In this document: in pieces, positions 11,400 through 23,694 of the stretch
Layout of the letters: every line of letters starts with the position of its first letter
Position numbering within the stretch: position 1 is the stretch's first letter
Assembly (NCBI GenBank): GCA_028534125.1
Contig: CM052816.1
Location: 60,452,001-60,516,000, forward strand
DNA from: Lama glama
Lineage: Eukaryota
Direction of reading: 5' to 3'
Length of the DNA stretch: 64,000 nucleotides
Translations under genes and position numbers: made by a program
The notes under the pieces: generated by a model
Told to the model about the DNA's origin: nothing
Seen by the model: only the letters and a program-made list of their open reading frames with translations
The model's database searches: none

Positions 11400-13490
11400 G
11401 TTATGATTCTGCCATGATTTGACAATGTCCCAGAAGCCCTCACCAAGGCAGTAAGAAAAGAAAAAGAAGCAGCAAGTAATTGTAAGGCTATTATTGTATT
11501 TGCAGCTGATAGAATGTCTCTACTGAAATAACATGAGATTCTGTAGACATTTTTTGAATGATTAAAAGAGCTCAAAAGGGATTTTATTTTGTTTTTTTTT
11601 TCAAAAGAGAATTTAGATATCAAATCAAAGTACAAAAATAACAGTATTTGTATATACCAGCAACGACCAATTAGAAAACAAAAGGAAAAAAGATACAATT
11701 CACAATAGCTGCAAAAATCATAAGGTATCTGGGAATACAACTGTACAAAGATGAACAAGCATACAGTGGCCAAGAGGTACACGGAAAGGTGCTCAACATC
11801 ACCAGTCATCAGGGAAATGCAAATCAAAACCACAAGATACTATCTTACACTTGCTACAATGGCTATTAACAACAAGACAAGAGATAAAGTTTGTCAGGAT
11901 GTGGGAAAAAGGAAACCCTTTTGTACTGCTGGTGGGAATATATATTGGCACAGCCACCATGGAAAACGGTATGAAGGATTCTCAAAAAACTAAAAATAGA
12001 ACTACTATATCATCAATTCCACTCCTGGGTATATACCCACAGGCCACAAAAATTACTGTCGCATAGAAGTATCTGCACTTCCATGTTCATTGCAGCATTA
12101 TTGTAAACAGCGAAGCCATGGAAACAACCCAAGTGTCCAATGATGGATGAACGAATAAAGAAAATGTAGCATATATCTATGATGGAATACTATTCAACCA
12201 TAAAAAAGAAAGAAATTTTACCATTTGAGACAACATGACTGGACCCTGAAGGCATTATGTTAAGTGAAATAAGTCAGACAGAGAAAGACAAATACTGTAT
12301 AATCTCACTTCTGTGTGGAATCTAAAAAACTGAACTCAGAAATAGAACAGATTGGTGGTTGCCAAAGATGGAAGGTAAAGGGGTGGGCAAAATGGGTAAA
12401 GGTGGTCAGAGGCACAAATTTCCACTTATAAGTCAGTCCAGGGGAAGTAATATACAGCTCTAATGTATAGTTAACAATGCTGTGTTGTATATTTGAAAAT
12501 GGTGAAGACGTTAAATCTTAAAAGTTCCCATCACAGGAAAAAAATTTTTTTAACCATGTGAGGTGAAGAATGTTAACTAAACTTTTTATGATAAATATTT
12601 TACAGTATATACATATATCAAATCATTATGCTGTACAACTTAAACTAATGTAATGTTATAAGTCAATTTTAAATAAGAATAAATGTACAGAAAACACTGT
12701 ATAAAAAAGGATGAACAAGATCTATATAGTGAAAGTTGTAAAATACTTTGATAGGCACAAATGAACACCAGAATTATAGGAGAATATACCATATACAGAT
12801 GGGAAGACTCAAATACACCCCATATTAATTTAGAGAGCCATTGGATTTCTAATCAAAATTCTAAGTATATTTGTTTTGGTGGAGTTAGACAAATGAATTC
12901 TAAAATTCATTTAGAATCCTAAATAGCCAAAAATATACAAATCAATTTTGAATAGAAGAACAGGGGACTTGCCCTACAGAAGTCAAGATTTATTATAAAA
13001 CTGTAGTGATTAAAATCATGCAGTATTACTAGAGAATAAACAGACTGGGGCAATGGGAAAACTCAAAAACAAACCCTTACACAGATGGGAAAATGGTTAA
13101 AAAAAAAAAAAGAGAGAGATAAAATAACAAGCATGAACATACACTAATTCAGTGTGATGAAAATTCACTTTCCACCTGGAAAAATATATTTAATCCACAA
13201 CACATACCACACTAAGGAAAAAAAAAAACCCAGATGAATGAGAAACTTAATGTCAAAACACAAACTTTAAAAATTTTAGAAGAAAAAAAATAAAGAAATT
13301 TCTGTGACCTATGAATAAGAACATATTTCTTAAATACATACGAAAAGCAAAAGTCCTATAAAAAGACTGATAAGCTGGGCTGTATTAAAATTTAAGCCTT
13401 CTCAATGATGTCATAAATATTACAGCAACAAACTGAATTATGATGTTCCTAATATGTAAAATGCAAGAATCAATAGAAAAAGACTCCAAT
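11400..13490 (+). mobile_element. Ancient L1M ORF2 fragment, interrupted by a younger L1 (11760-12709)
   Basis: Degraded ORF2 blocks (attgtatttgcagctgatagaatgtc, ggacttgccctacagaagtcaagatttattataaaactgtagtgattaaa, aaactttaaaaattttagaagaaaa); sequence is collinear across the insertion. Confidence 0.75.
11760..12709 (+). mobile_element. 5'-truncated L1 (L1MA9-like): ORF2 C-terminus plus 3' UTR
   Basis: ORF 11751-11993 contains CSTSPVIREMQIKTTRYYLT (L1 ORF2 C-terminus); L1MA-type 3' UTR; flanking direct repeat gatgaacaag at 11750-11759 and 12710-12719. Confidence 0.9.
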
Positions 13491-13989
13491 TAACCGCTGG
13501 CCATGTAACCATGTAACCACTACTCGTGCCTAGGTCAATGCTTAAAACAAGGACATTCCAATTTCACAAAAAGCACAATCACAAGATTTTCCTACAGTAA
13601 TATGGGCATAGAGTTGTCGTTGTGCAAACATACAGGACTTGATTCAAAACTTGATAAGAAGTAAATCAGACTGAAAATCAGGAAGGCAATCAGTCAGAAT
13701 GTGTCTTCCTGATAAAGACAACGCACAGAACTTCTAATCTTTTCCTCCAGACAGCAGTGACATTGACTGGCACGTTCAAGTGGAAATAGTAAAGTAAAAT
13801 GCATGAATCTTCCACAAACCATTGTACAAGAGCATTCATCCATTTACAGCCCAGGTAGGGATCAAACAGGTCCTTGATCTCCTTCACCTTTGCACTCTGT
13901 CCATGAGGGTGCAAGGCTCCCCCTGAGATCAGGCTGCAGCCCCCTCTGCCAGTGTAGCAGACACCAGGGGTTGTCTCCTTCCCCACGGC

Positions 13990-14412
13990 CCACCCTGGAC
14001 CCCCAGCAACATGAGCCTCAGCTGCAGAGAGGCCCCGGAGCAAGCTCAGACCTGCTGCTACTGCTGCCCCACCTCCAACACACACGGGGCATCTTTCTAC
14101 TTCTGCCCCAGGCACTATCCAGGACCACGGGGGCTGGCCAGGCCCAGAGTGAGAAGGACGTAATTCCTCTGGGACAACCTTCCACCCATGGGGACAGGAG
14201 CAGGTGGTGGATACACTCCAGATTCTGGGAGGAGTCCTTCAAATGGATGATTCCGAGAGGGGCTCTTTCCACTTGTGTCACTGCAGTGACAGCCCAGTGC
14301 CTGTGGCAGTGATCTTATATCGGCTTTCCTTCAACATCACACCTCCGTCCTCATTCCTGCTCCCTGAGACCACCTCTCAAACTCTTTGCCTTTAAATCTG
14401 CATCTCCAGCCC
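13990..14412 (+). mobile_element. ERVL solo LTR, LTR16-like
   Basis: 3' end ctccctgagaccacctctcaaactctttgcctttaaatctgcatctccagccctgctttcaggagaactccaa resembles the LTR16-family terminus; left boundary uncertain. Confidence 0.5.
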
Positions 14413-14750
14413 TGCTTTCAGGAGAACTCCAAAAGATTCCCCAAAAGGTTAAGAGAAGAAATACCACCTTGTCTAGCTCTCAACCCAACTTTTATAATTT
14501 GTGAGTTCCTTTATTTTTGAAATACTTATGTGCCAAACAGCATATGTTCTGTAATCACAAAAATAAACAGGCCAAGGTCTCTGTCATTAAGGAAGTCAAT
14601 CTCGTAAGGGAAAATTCCCACAAGCACACTTGTAGTCACTGTGACCCGAGCCCACAACAAGGTATGTAAAAGGTGCCCACGTTGTTAGGAGGGGTGACTG
14701 CTGCTGCCTGTGGAGGTGCACCCAGGACTCCACCCCCTCCTTCTCCTGGC

Positions 14751-15310
14751 TCTGGTAGGCCCCCAGGATCCTTGGTTCCTGGTATTCATCCCTTTAGTAA
14801 TCTTCTTCCCTTCACTGTGGGGCTCAGTTATTCACTTCAAGAGACTAGCATATGACCCAAGTGATGAGGTATCACTTCCAAGACTAGGTCACAGAAGACT
14901 GTGACTTCTGTCTTGCTCTCACTTGCTCGCTCTGATGAAGGTGAGTCACAACGTTGTGAGCCGCCCTACAGGGAGGCCACCATAAGAAGGAACAGAAGAT
15001 GGTCTCTGGACAACACTCAGTGAGGAACTGAGGCCCTCGGTCCAATGATCTGCAAGGGGCTGCATCTCACCAACAACCACCTGAGTGACCTTTAAAGAAG
15101 CTCTTTCCTCAGTTCAGCCTTAGATGACAGCAGCTCCAGCCAATACCTTAATGCCTTCATTTTAGCCTTCTCAGATTTCAAGAGCCTGATCACCACGCCA
15201 AGCTGTGCCTGGATTCCTGACTCACAAAAACTGACAGAATAAATGTTTGCTGTTTCAAACAGCTATGTTTTGAGATCATTTGTTATGCAGCCATTCCTAA
15301 CCAATGTACA
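14751..15310 (+). mobile_element. MaLR solo LTR, MLT1E/F-like
   Basis: cctggtattcatccctttagtaatc..tcacttccaagactaggtcacagaagactgtgacttc..gaggaactgaggccctcggtcc..ggattcctgactcac..aataaatgtttgctgtttc..tttgttatgcagc. Confidence 0.8.
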
Positions 15311-16899
15311 CACTAATCACAAAGTCACCACCAATATGGAATAGTCTAGACAGAGCATGTCTGATGTCTAACTCCTGTTCTTCTATGTACTCATTCAATA
15401 AGCACTGACTATGGGCTGGGCAGTGTGGACACAAAAGTTAACTTGAAAAAAATACATCACCTCTGCCTTCTTGGAAAATCCAAGCTTGCAAAATTTGTGG
15501 CAAACCTCTTTATGCAACTTCACTAACTTTTTAAACTATGGCTTTTTATAAATGTTTAATTTCTGTTGACTCTATATTTTATTAAATATATAATTAAATG
15601 TCTTTGCCACGTTAATTCACTCTGTGTTCAGTGCAAGATCCCTAAAGGTTTGTTCCATCTGCTCAGAACATAAGTTATATATTTAGAAAATAATTCTGAT
15701 TTTCTTCTGCACAAAAATTCTTACAGGAATTAGGCCTTTTCCTTCCATTCATTCAAAAAAAAAAAAAAAACCATTCCCACAAGCAGAAAACCCATGAAGC
15801 AGTGAGCTGGAAAACTTTATATCCAAACATTCCATAATATTTTCCAAATCACTACTTGGAAGTCTACCTTCTCCTCTTACTCTCTGATGAGACTCAGTAA
15901 CCACTGTGCAAACCCAGGAGAAACATTTAAACGTTATTGAATAATATTCCTTCTGGGAGAATTCCATCTTTTGTGATAGAATTTTTCTTTTTTAATACTA
16001 ACTAGAAAGAACAAACTGAGAAAAAACAGGCATGTTCTCTTGCTTACTCATAAAATATTTCTTTAGTTCTATGTTTATTTTAAAAAATACTGCCAGCTTT
16101 CCCACAGCATCACAAACAGCTCTGAGAATAAACAGAAAAAGATAAGGGGAAATGGTCTTTCAGTAGAGAATTTAAACATACACAGACACACTTGGACCTA
16201 TCAAACACATATGACTAGGATAATTAAGTGGATCCTAGGTAGATCTTTTAGCGTGTTAACTAAATTATCACACTGGTTATGCAGCCTTCACAAACAAGCC
16301 TCTATTCTCTTCCCATTCATACAGCCCACTTTAATCAGCCATGAGTCTCCACCAGTCGTGGCATGAGGCCACGAACCAAGGAATTTCAAAACCAGGAAAG
16401 AGTGGGGGGGAAAGATCATAAAAGAAACTTGAGATTTATTAACCATCCTCTCTCAGACTAGCTTTGGGCTTCAACCAGGGGGTGCTCCCACAATGACATT
16501 CTTAACAAGAGCATGTCATCCAAGTTCGTTTTCCAATTGCAGATGGGACGATAACGGTAATCTCCCTCTTCATCTCATCATAGTTTCCACACACTGCTTT
16601 CCTTACTCACCAAAAGGAATGTGATGGGAAGTCTATTTAGGGGGGGAAAGTAGTTTTCACTTTGTCAGGGTGTCCTTTGAAGAATACTAACCTGAATTTC
16701 TGCACCTTTTATGAAATCATTGCACATATCTGAGCTTCATGAATTTGCAAATTCGCAATGGTATTTTCCATGTAAAAGATTTTCCTGTGTTTCTAATTTG
16801 GGGGTAAAAAGTAACACAAATGAATGGGTTTGGCTATGCAAAATGTCTTTCAGCCCAACCTCTCTCCCTAAATCACTTTGAAGTTAAAAAGGACCAGAC

Positions 16900-17140
16900 C
16901 ACAGTATAGGGAATAAATACAAAAAGTGACGCCAAAGAAACTCAGGTCTGTATCTGCAAAAACAAGCCCTAGGACGTCCCCACAATTTGCTGAGCATCTG
17001 AGCCTCAGTTTCCTCTTCCATAAGACACGGTTAATAATGGCTCTACAGGTTGTTTGGAGGATTACAGCTAATACATATCAAAAGCCCAGCACAGAATCAA
17101 ATACTCAGTAGGCATCCGCTATACTATAGAAGCTTATTAT
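16900..17140 (+). mobile_element. MIR SINE
   Basis: tctgagcctcagtttcctcttccataag..ttgtttggaggattacag.. Confidence 0.7.
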
Positions 17141-18672
17141 TATGTATTTTCAAAATATTTCACCAACATTGGGGCTATTGCTAGAACTCCTAATGGAAAT
17201 TATTGTTGGTTAGAAATAATAGAAGTTTAGCTAGTGTCAGATCTCCTCACTAGGCTACCCACCAAGGAGATCAGACTGGGTGGTTCTCCAGACCCGCTCC
17301 AGCCCTAAAATAAATAATGCCATGAAACAGGGCACCACAAGCAAGTTTGAAAACACTCAAAAGGAAGGGCACAGATAGACACTGTTCTTCCAAAGAATTA
17401 TTCCACAATTCATTAATGCTCACCTTCAGAAGGAAATCTGCCCCAAGATAATGCTAATACAAAGAGACACACTCAACAGAGAGAGAGTGCACACACTGTA
17501 ATAATCCCGTGATATGTGGCATTCATAAAAACAAAAAAGGTTTTAGATACGTAGCACAGGTTTTTAAAACATTAAGAACATGGTGACTCTAAAGAGTCAT
17601 TTCCCAGGGAATGAAAGAGACAGCAAGCTGGAACAGTATCTCACACAGATTAAACTGTCCTTTCAGAGCAACAGCCAGCACAAAAAGAATGCATCTGAGG
17701 CTACTCAGCATCCTTATGGCTCTTGCCGCGGGTGTTAAATTTTGCGTAACAAAAATTTGTAACTAACGAGTTGGTTCAAATTGCCTGGCAGCCACATCAA
17801 TTAAACTGCAGCGCCAGCCCACTCCCCTATTAAACCCTAGTTAAGGCCATGCTTTACTGGAGTCTTCCCTTTGCTTTTCTGCCAACTCTTCACATAGATG
17901 CGTATAAACAGATAGTGAGATAAATAAATAGGCAGATAGATAAGGTTATGGTTCTCACGCGCAGAAGCGCAGGGCCAGGATGGAATATTGTGCTAAAACC
18001 TCATTTGTTTGTAGAATGCTCTGAAATCATTCTAAATTAAAAAAGACTGAGCTTACCATCTATGGGGAAAAGTTTGGCATGCGCTGAGTAAAATTACTGC
18101 CTAAGCAGCCTCTACTGGCAAGAGAAACCCTCTCCCCATTCCAAAAGAAGATTTTTCCCACTTGGATGCAATTTTGTAATGTATTAAAAAAAAAAAAAAC
18201 CACTTAAATTGGGTTCTTTGTAAAATTTTTGGAGGGCCTAAATTTTGATAGAAATTACAAACACAAGGTTCTAGGGTTAGTTCTGGCCCACAGACATCCT
18301 CTGTTTGGGGTTTTTAGTCAAATCGAGTCTGAAAGCCTTAATGCAGGGCCCGTGGTCTACAGTTTGACCACAGGCCCCGCTATTCCCTGCTGTTCCCCAA
18401 GTGGCCTTTGCATGTATATCTTCTGTGTCGAGCCCCTGAGGGCATTTTAGCTTGCCTTCCCTCTCCTAAAATATAAAATTAAACAGTTAAGAAATATATA
18501 CATAGCCCAAGTCTAGAAAATGAGAGTGGCAACAACTTGGGACAGGCTTTTGCTATTAAGTCCAATCAGAAGCCTCATTGCAGGATATTAATAAACTTTC
18601 TGAAATGGGATCATTTTTCTCAGGCAAAAACTAGTTTCTTATTTAACAAGTTATGATTTAGAAGTCCAACAT

Positions 18673-18826
18673 ACACAGGGAACTCTATTCAATACCTTGT
18701 AGAGCCTTATACAAAAAAGAATATGAAAATGAATATATGTGTGTATATGTATGCTGTACACCAGAAATTGACACATTGTAAACTGGCTATATGTCAATAA
18801 AAGATATAAAATAAAATAAAATAAAT
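18673..18826 (+). mobile_element. Short 5'-truncated artiodactyl/camelid-type L1 3' end with (TAAAA)n tail
   Basis: cacagggaactctattcaataccttgta..tgctgtacaccagaaattgacacattgtaaactg..caataaaa plus A-rich tail; degenerate TSD agaagtccaacat / aagagttcaacgt. Confidence 0.85.
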
Positions 18827-21054
18827 AAGAGTTCAACGTGGCTGCACTAAAGAACTTAAGCATCTGCTCTGCACAGGATGGCAGAGTGAACAGATGACAC
18901 ATGGAAACACTTTGATTCCGATATTCATGATTTTGGTAACTTTGATGCACTCACTTTATTTTTCTGAAGCTCAGAATTCTTTGCCAGAAGATGAGGAGAT
19001 TAAGCTAGATTAAATCTAACATTTCTCTTTTGGACTTAAAATTCTATGATCCTCTAATTCTAAGCACCCCAAGGCATTAGCTTTTGAAGAAAAAAGTTTG
19101 TTTTTAAACAGGAAAGCTCTAAACCTGGACCCTGGAAGAGTTAGAGGCAGTGACAGGCAAATTCTTTCCCTGGAATTCTGTAGGGAGTCAGAGGATGTGC
19201 AAGGACAAGACTCTAGAATTTATCATTTTTATTCGGGCTGATGCAACCACCCTCAGTACGCCTGTCCCTGTGAGGTAACAGGCTTTTTGTCCAGGACCCC
19301 ATGAGCATCTGAACTGACTTTGAAAGAGTCTCCTTTATTTCACACATAGCTTTTATAAAATTATAGTTCTTTTTTACACTTTCTGTTCTGATTGTACAAG
19401 TAATAGGTAACACAGATTCATAACAGAATGACTCAAAAACACAAAGAATTAAAATCATGTAACCTAGCCCCTGGAGGGAATCAACTTTACAAATGATTTA
19501 CCATGTCTGCCTATGTATGTGGGATCTAACGAGGGACAAGACAATTTTCATCTCCAGAGGTTTACAGACACCTGGAATGGAGAGAGACAAGGAGAACGGG
19601 GCAGTTATGATGACATCAGACAAGAGCGGAGGTAGGTGATGAGACATGTACTCTGGGCTTGGGGGTTTAGAAAGGAAAGTTGGTGCTCTGGGTTAAAAAA
19701 AAAAGTCTAAATAAACTGGAAAAAAAAAAAAAACGGGGAAAGGGAGAGGTGGCTTAAATGAAAAAAGACAGGGGAAGAGAAAAAGGGAGGTGGGGCAGGG
19801 GCTGGGAGAGGCAGGCTGCTCCTGGTAAAGGGCAGAGGTGTTTCCCTGGTGAAGATCTGATAAGAGATTCTGTTTCTGCTGCTTCCTCAGCCTCCCGCTG
19901 GGGTATCAAGCAGAATGGAGCCAACTGGGCAGTCAGACAGAATCCTTACAGTCTCCATCAACTGCACTTTATGGTCAACCTCTCAGCCACAGAAGCCCAG
20001 TTCGGCTACATCACAAGTCAGATGCCCAAGAGAACCAAAAGGGAACCCAGAACAAGGACACTCCCTATCACTCTCATTACTTTTACTTAGTCAAAGCAGG
20101 TTCTGATTTTGCAGAGGCTACGACCTGCACCAGAACCTCACTACATCAACTGATGATGCAAAAGAAACATGAAGCTGGCTGGGGTGGGCGGTGTGGACTT
20201 CAGCTGCCTCGACTCTCCGTGTCCCATGCATCTTTCTGCTACCAGCACACCAGCCATCCCCGCTGCCGCACCATGTGCATAAATGCTGCAGCTACAGACA
20301 TAATGTGTGGCTTGGCAAGAGCATCTGTGGAACTGGATCTTCCATTGTGAGCACCACAGACCACAAATCTGGGAAAATTTCATAAAGTTGATGCACAGAG
20401 GAGAGGAAAACTGGGAAGAAGAAAAGATGGAAAATAAATGGAGGAAAACAAAAAGTCACTAGCCACAGGATTTCCTGTTCCACATAACCTAATCCTCCCA
20501 TAACTGCATCTAATAGCTGACAGATGTGAACAATTATTTAGAGCAGAAATGATAAAAGGCAATAAAGATACAAAGCTGTAGGTTGACTCGCCACATCAGC
20601 TATTTATCACTGTCAAATCCCTTAGGATAAAAATTACAATAACTGAGGCTAACTGATCATTGGTGAAGTCATGCCTAATCATTCTTTACTTGTTAAACAA
20701 ACACCTGCCTGCTTCTGAGGGGTTATCAGAGTAAGAACACAAACATACTAATCCTTCAAAGAAGAAAATGTTCATTTTTATTGCAAATGTCACTGAAATA
20801 AATTTTCATTTCTTAAGTATCATCTTTTTTGTGCTTCTTCTAATCTCTTTGTAAACAAATTATATATTCAACCACATTTACACTGTAAAATAACAAAAAT
20901 AAGACATGCTTGAAAAAGGGGAAAAAGCAAGATGTTTTAGGGGAGAAACACACTAAATTTACTTTGGCATCAAAATAAAAAATTCTCAATACTGAAAAGG
21001 AAAAATTGCTATCTTAAGCAAATGGTAACTAAATAAATCCACAAAATAATGAGG

Positions 21055-21590
21055 ATGCTTTTTATTCCAAGTAACAAACTGCCCAATTCAAAGCAGCTTA
21101 AACAATATAAAAGACATATCCACTGGTGTGACAGGGAAGTCCAGTGAGAGCTTTTGCTTCAGACAATGTTTGATTAAGCAGCCTGAATCAAACTGCTAAG
21201 GACCTGATTTCTTTGCATGCTTTGACCCTACTTTTCCTGGAGCAGCCAACTTCCTGAAGCAACTTCATACACCCAAAATAGCTTTAAGCTACTCCTGCGA
21301 CTATGTATTTCCTAATTAAGGCCCAGGAAGAAACAGCATCTTTGCTCCAGCATTCCCAATAAAGGGACAGAAGTTCACACTGCTGAACTCAGTTTAGGTC
21401 ACATGCTATCCCTGTAATCATTATGGTCCACATGACAGAATATGCTGATCAGTCCAACCTACATCACGTGCTCCCCCAGATACAGACCCGAGTCAGCTTT
21501 TCCAAAACCCAACACCAGTCAGGGGCAGCTAAGAAGGAGCAAGGGAGGAACGGATGTCAGGGAGGTATTCAGCATCAGGGTACCGTGTCT
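21055..21590 (-). mobile_element. MaLR LTR, MLT1K-like
   Basis: caagtaacaaactgcccaattcaaagcagcttaaacaat..ggaagtccag..ggtcacatgctatccctg..aatatgctgat. Confidence 0.55.
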
Positions 21591-22344
21591 TCTAACTTAG
21601 TAAGATCTCAATTTGGTTAAGTCACGCAAATTTATAGGCTCTAACTGAAAATTATTTTCCATAATAAAATGAGTAACTGCCCCTGGACACCATTTATCTC
21701 CATGAGCTCATTGGATGTCTTTCACCCTATCTTCCAAGAACTAAAATTACCTTACATAGCAACTAAAAATTTTAATCTTCCATCTTTTTGCCTTATTCAT
21801 TTCTCTCTGTTTACCAACAAGCTCTCCATACAATTAGTTTATGAAATCTTTCCAGGCTTCAAAAGAATGTTCCAGGGATTTTAAAATGGAATATACCTTT
21901 CTGATACAATTATATAATTTATAATTATAGATTGGCTCTATTTCCTTTAGGACTCAATTCATTCATCTCTGCCAACAAACCAGCAATATATCCATAGACC
22001 AGGACAGACTGCCTCTTAGCACAGTGCACATATTTCACCCAGCTCCCCATGAATAAAATGCCCAGAACTGCTATCTAAGCCTAAGTTGCGAAATTACAAC
22101 ATAGCGTTAGTCCCTCATCGTCACTGGAGAAGCACGGATAAATGGAACTCATTACTGTTTCTATCCAGCTAAACACCTTAACATGGACGCCTTACCACAT
22201 CCATCTCTGGGCTTCCCTGTCATCCTGGATACAACTTCTACTGAACTTGTCACAATAGATGATAATTATCAGTTAGGCTGCCCTGCCCACCTCAGAGAAG
22301 CAAAAAAATCCTAAAACCATAAAAGTGTAATCCAACCACTTAGA

Positions 22345-22605
22345 CTGAACATAGGCATCTTAGATTTGAATTCAGGCTCTGCCACTTACTAACTCTAAGA
22401 CTCAGCAAGGTTAGTTAACTCCCCAGCTTCACCTCTGAGAATTGATGATAACAATACCTTTCTCAAGGGGTTGTGATCCTCGAAATGACCTGTCAAGGCA
22501 TTATTAACTCTGTCTTACAGAAGAGGAAACTGAGGCCCAGGTGCTCAAGTGAAATGAACTGACACATGCAAAGCACTTAGAATGGTACCTGGCACTCAGA
22601 AGCTG
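22345..22605 (+). mobile_element. MIR SINE containing an inverted MIR core fragment (~22477-22552)
   Basis: Plus-strand MIR (gaattcaggctctgccacttactaactc..ggggttgtga), then minus-strand core (ttacagaagaggaaactgaggcccag), then plus MIR resumes (aatgaactgacacatgcaaagcacttagaatggtacctggcac). Confidence 0.7.
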
Positions 22606-22759
22606 ATACTTACGACAATTAGCATAGCTCTTGTAAGAGCACCCTTGAAGTCCCAGCACAGAGGGGACCCGACAAATACAGCTGACTGAATAAATCTCTG
22701 TCTTTTCTATTAATTAATTTGGTTCTTAAGGTGTTTCTAAAGATTAGTGGCCATAACGG

Positions 22760-23335
22760 GCCAAGGGTGTTTTGTGGATCCTCCTTTTCTCTTCTGCCTC
22801 ATAGTCTCACTGCGTGATTTCATCGATGGCCTCAGTCAGCACCCATATGATAATGCCACACAGATCTTTATCTATCTCCAGGCCACTTTTGTCATTATCT
22901 CTCCAAGCTCATACATGATCTTCTTGTCCACCACATATCTCCCCTTGGATTTCCTGAAACTTAACATAAGAAGAGCAGAAATCAATGGCCAACCTCCTTC
23001 CTTGATGTCACACCTCTGATAACCTCTTCGTGGGGTAAATGTCCTGTTACAAGCTCCCATAGCATCCTATATACACACCCTCTTCATCCATCCATCCACC
23101 CATCCATCCACCCATCCATTCAGCCAGCCAACCAGCCCGCCCTGACTCCATGACAGGCTAACCATAATAACCCTCATCATGCTGCATTTAACTGCCCAGT
23201 TGTAGTCCACTTCTCTACTTCTGGGTCATAAGCTCCCAGAAGATGACACTAATTAGATTGTGTTTGTCCTTGTAGCCCCAGATTTGCACAAATTAAAAAC
23301 ACACAGTAAATATCTGTTGAGTGAGTGGGTGAATG
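22760..23335 (+). mobile_element. L2 LINE fragments with an internal (CCAT/CCAC)n tract at ~23085-23135
   Basis: atatgataatgccacacagatctttatct..; 3' end ataagctcccagaag..tgtagcccca..cacagtaaatatctgttgagtgagtgggtgaatg. Confidence 0.6.
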
Positions 23336-23639
23336 TTCCCATGAGACTGGTCCGATTAGGAAGAGTTAAAAACATTTCCTCAGACTGTAAGTTAATTGCA
23401 GGAAGAGAAGAAGGTGCTAAAAGAATGTCGCCAATCACTGTTTTCAGTGAAGACACAGAAAACCCAAAGATACTTTCTCAAATCAAATCAATATTCTTAT
23501 CCTATGTCCAAGCAATGCTGGTTTTAATAAAGAGGGAAAGAATATTAAGTGTGTGCCTGAAGGTTTAAAAGGTCATAGTCCCTAAATGTGAAAACCCAGG
23601 GAGGAAACTGTGGAAAGCACAAAGCAACAGCCCATAACC

Positions 23640-23640
<1 letters not shown>

Positions 23641-23692
<52 letters not shown>
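23641..23692. repeat. (AC)26 microsatellite
   Basis: Perfect dinucleotide run. Confidence 0.98.

Positions 23693-23694
<2 letters not shown>

Noticed and set aside
11315..12066. ORFs of 71-172 aa
   Set aside because: Frameshifted L1 ORF2 remnants and their antisense; not host genes.
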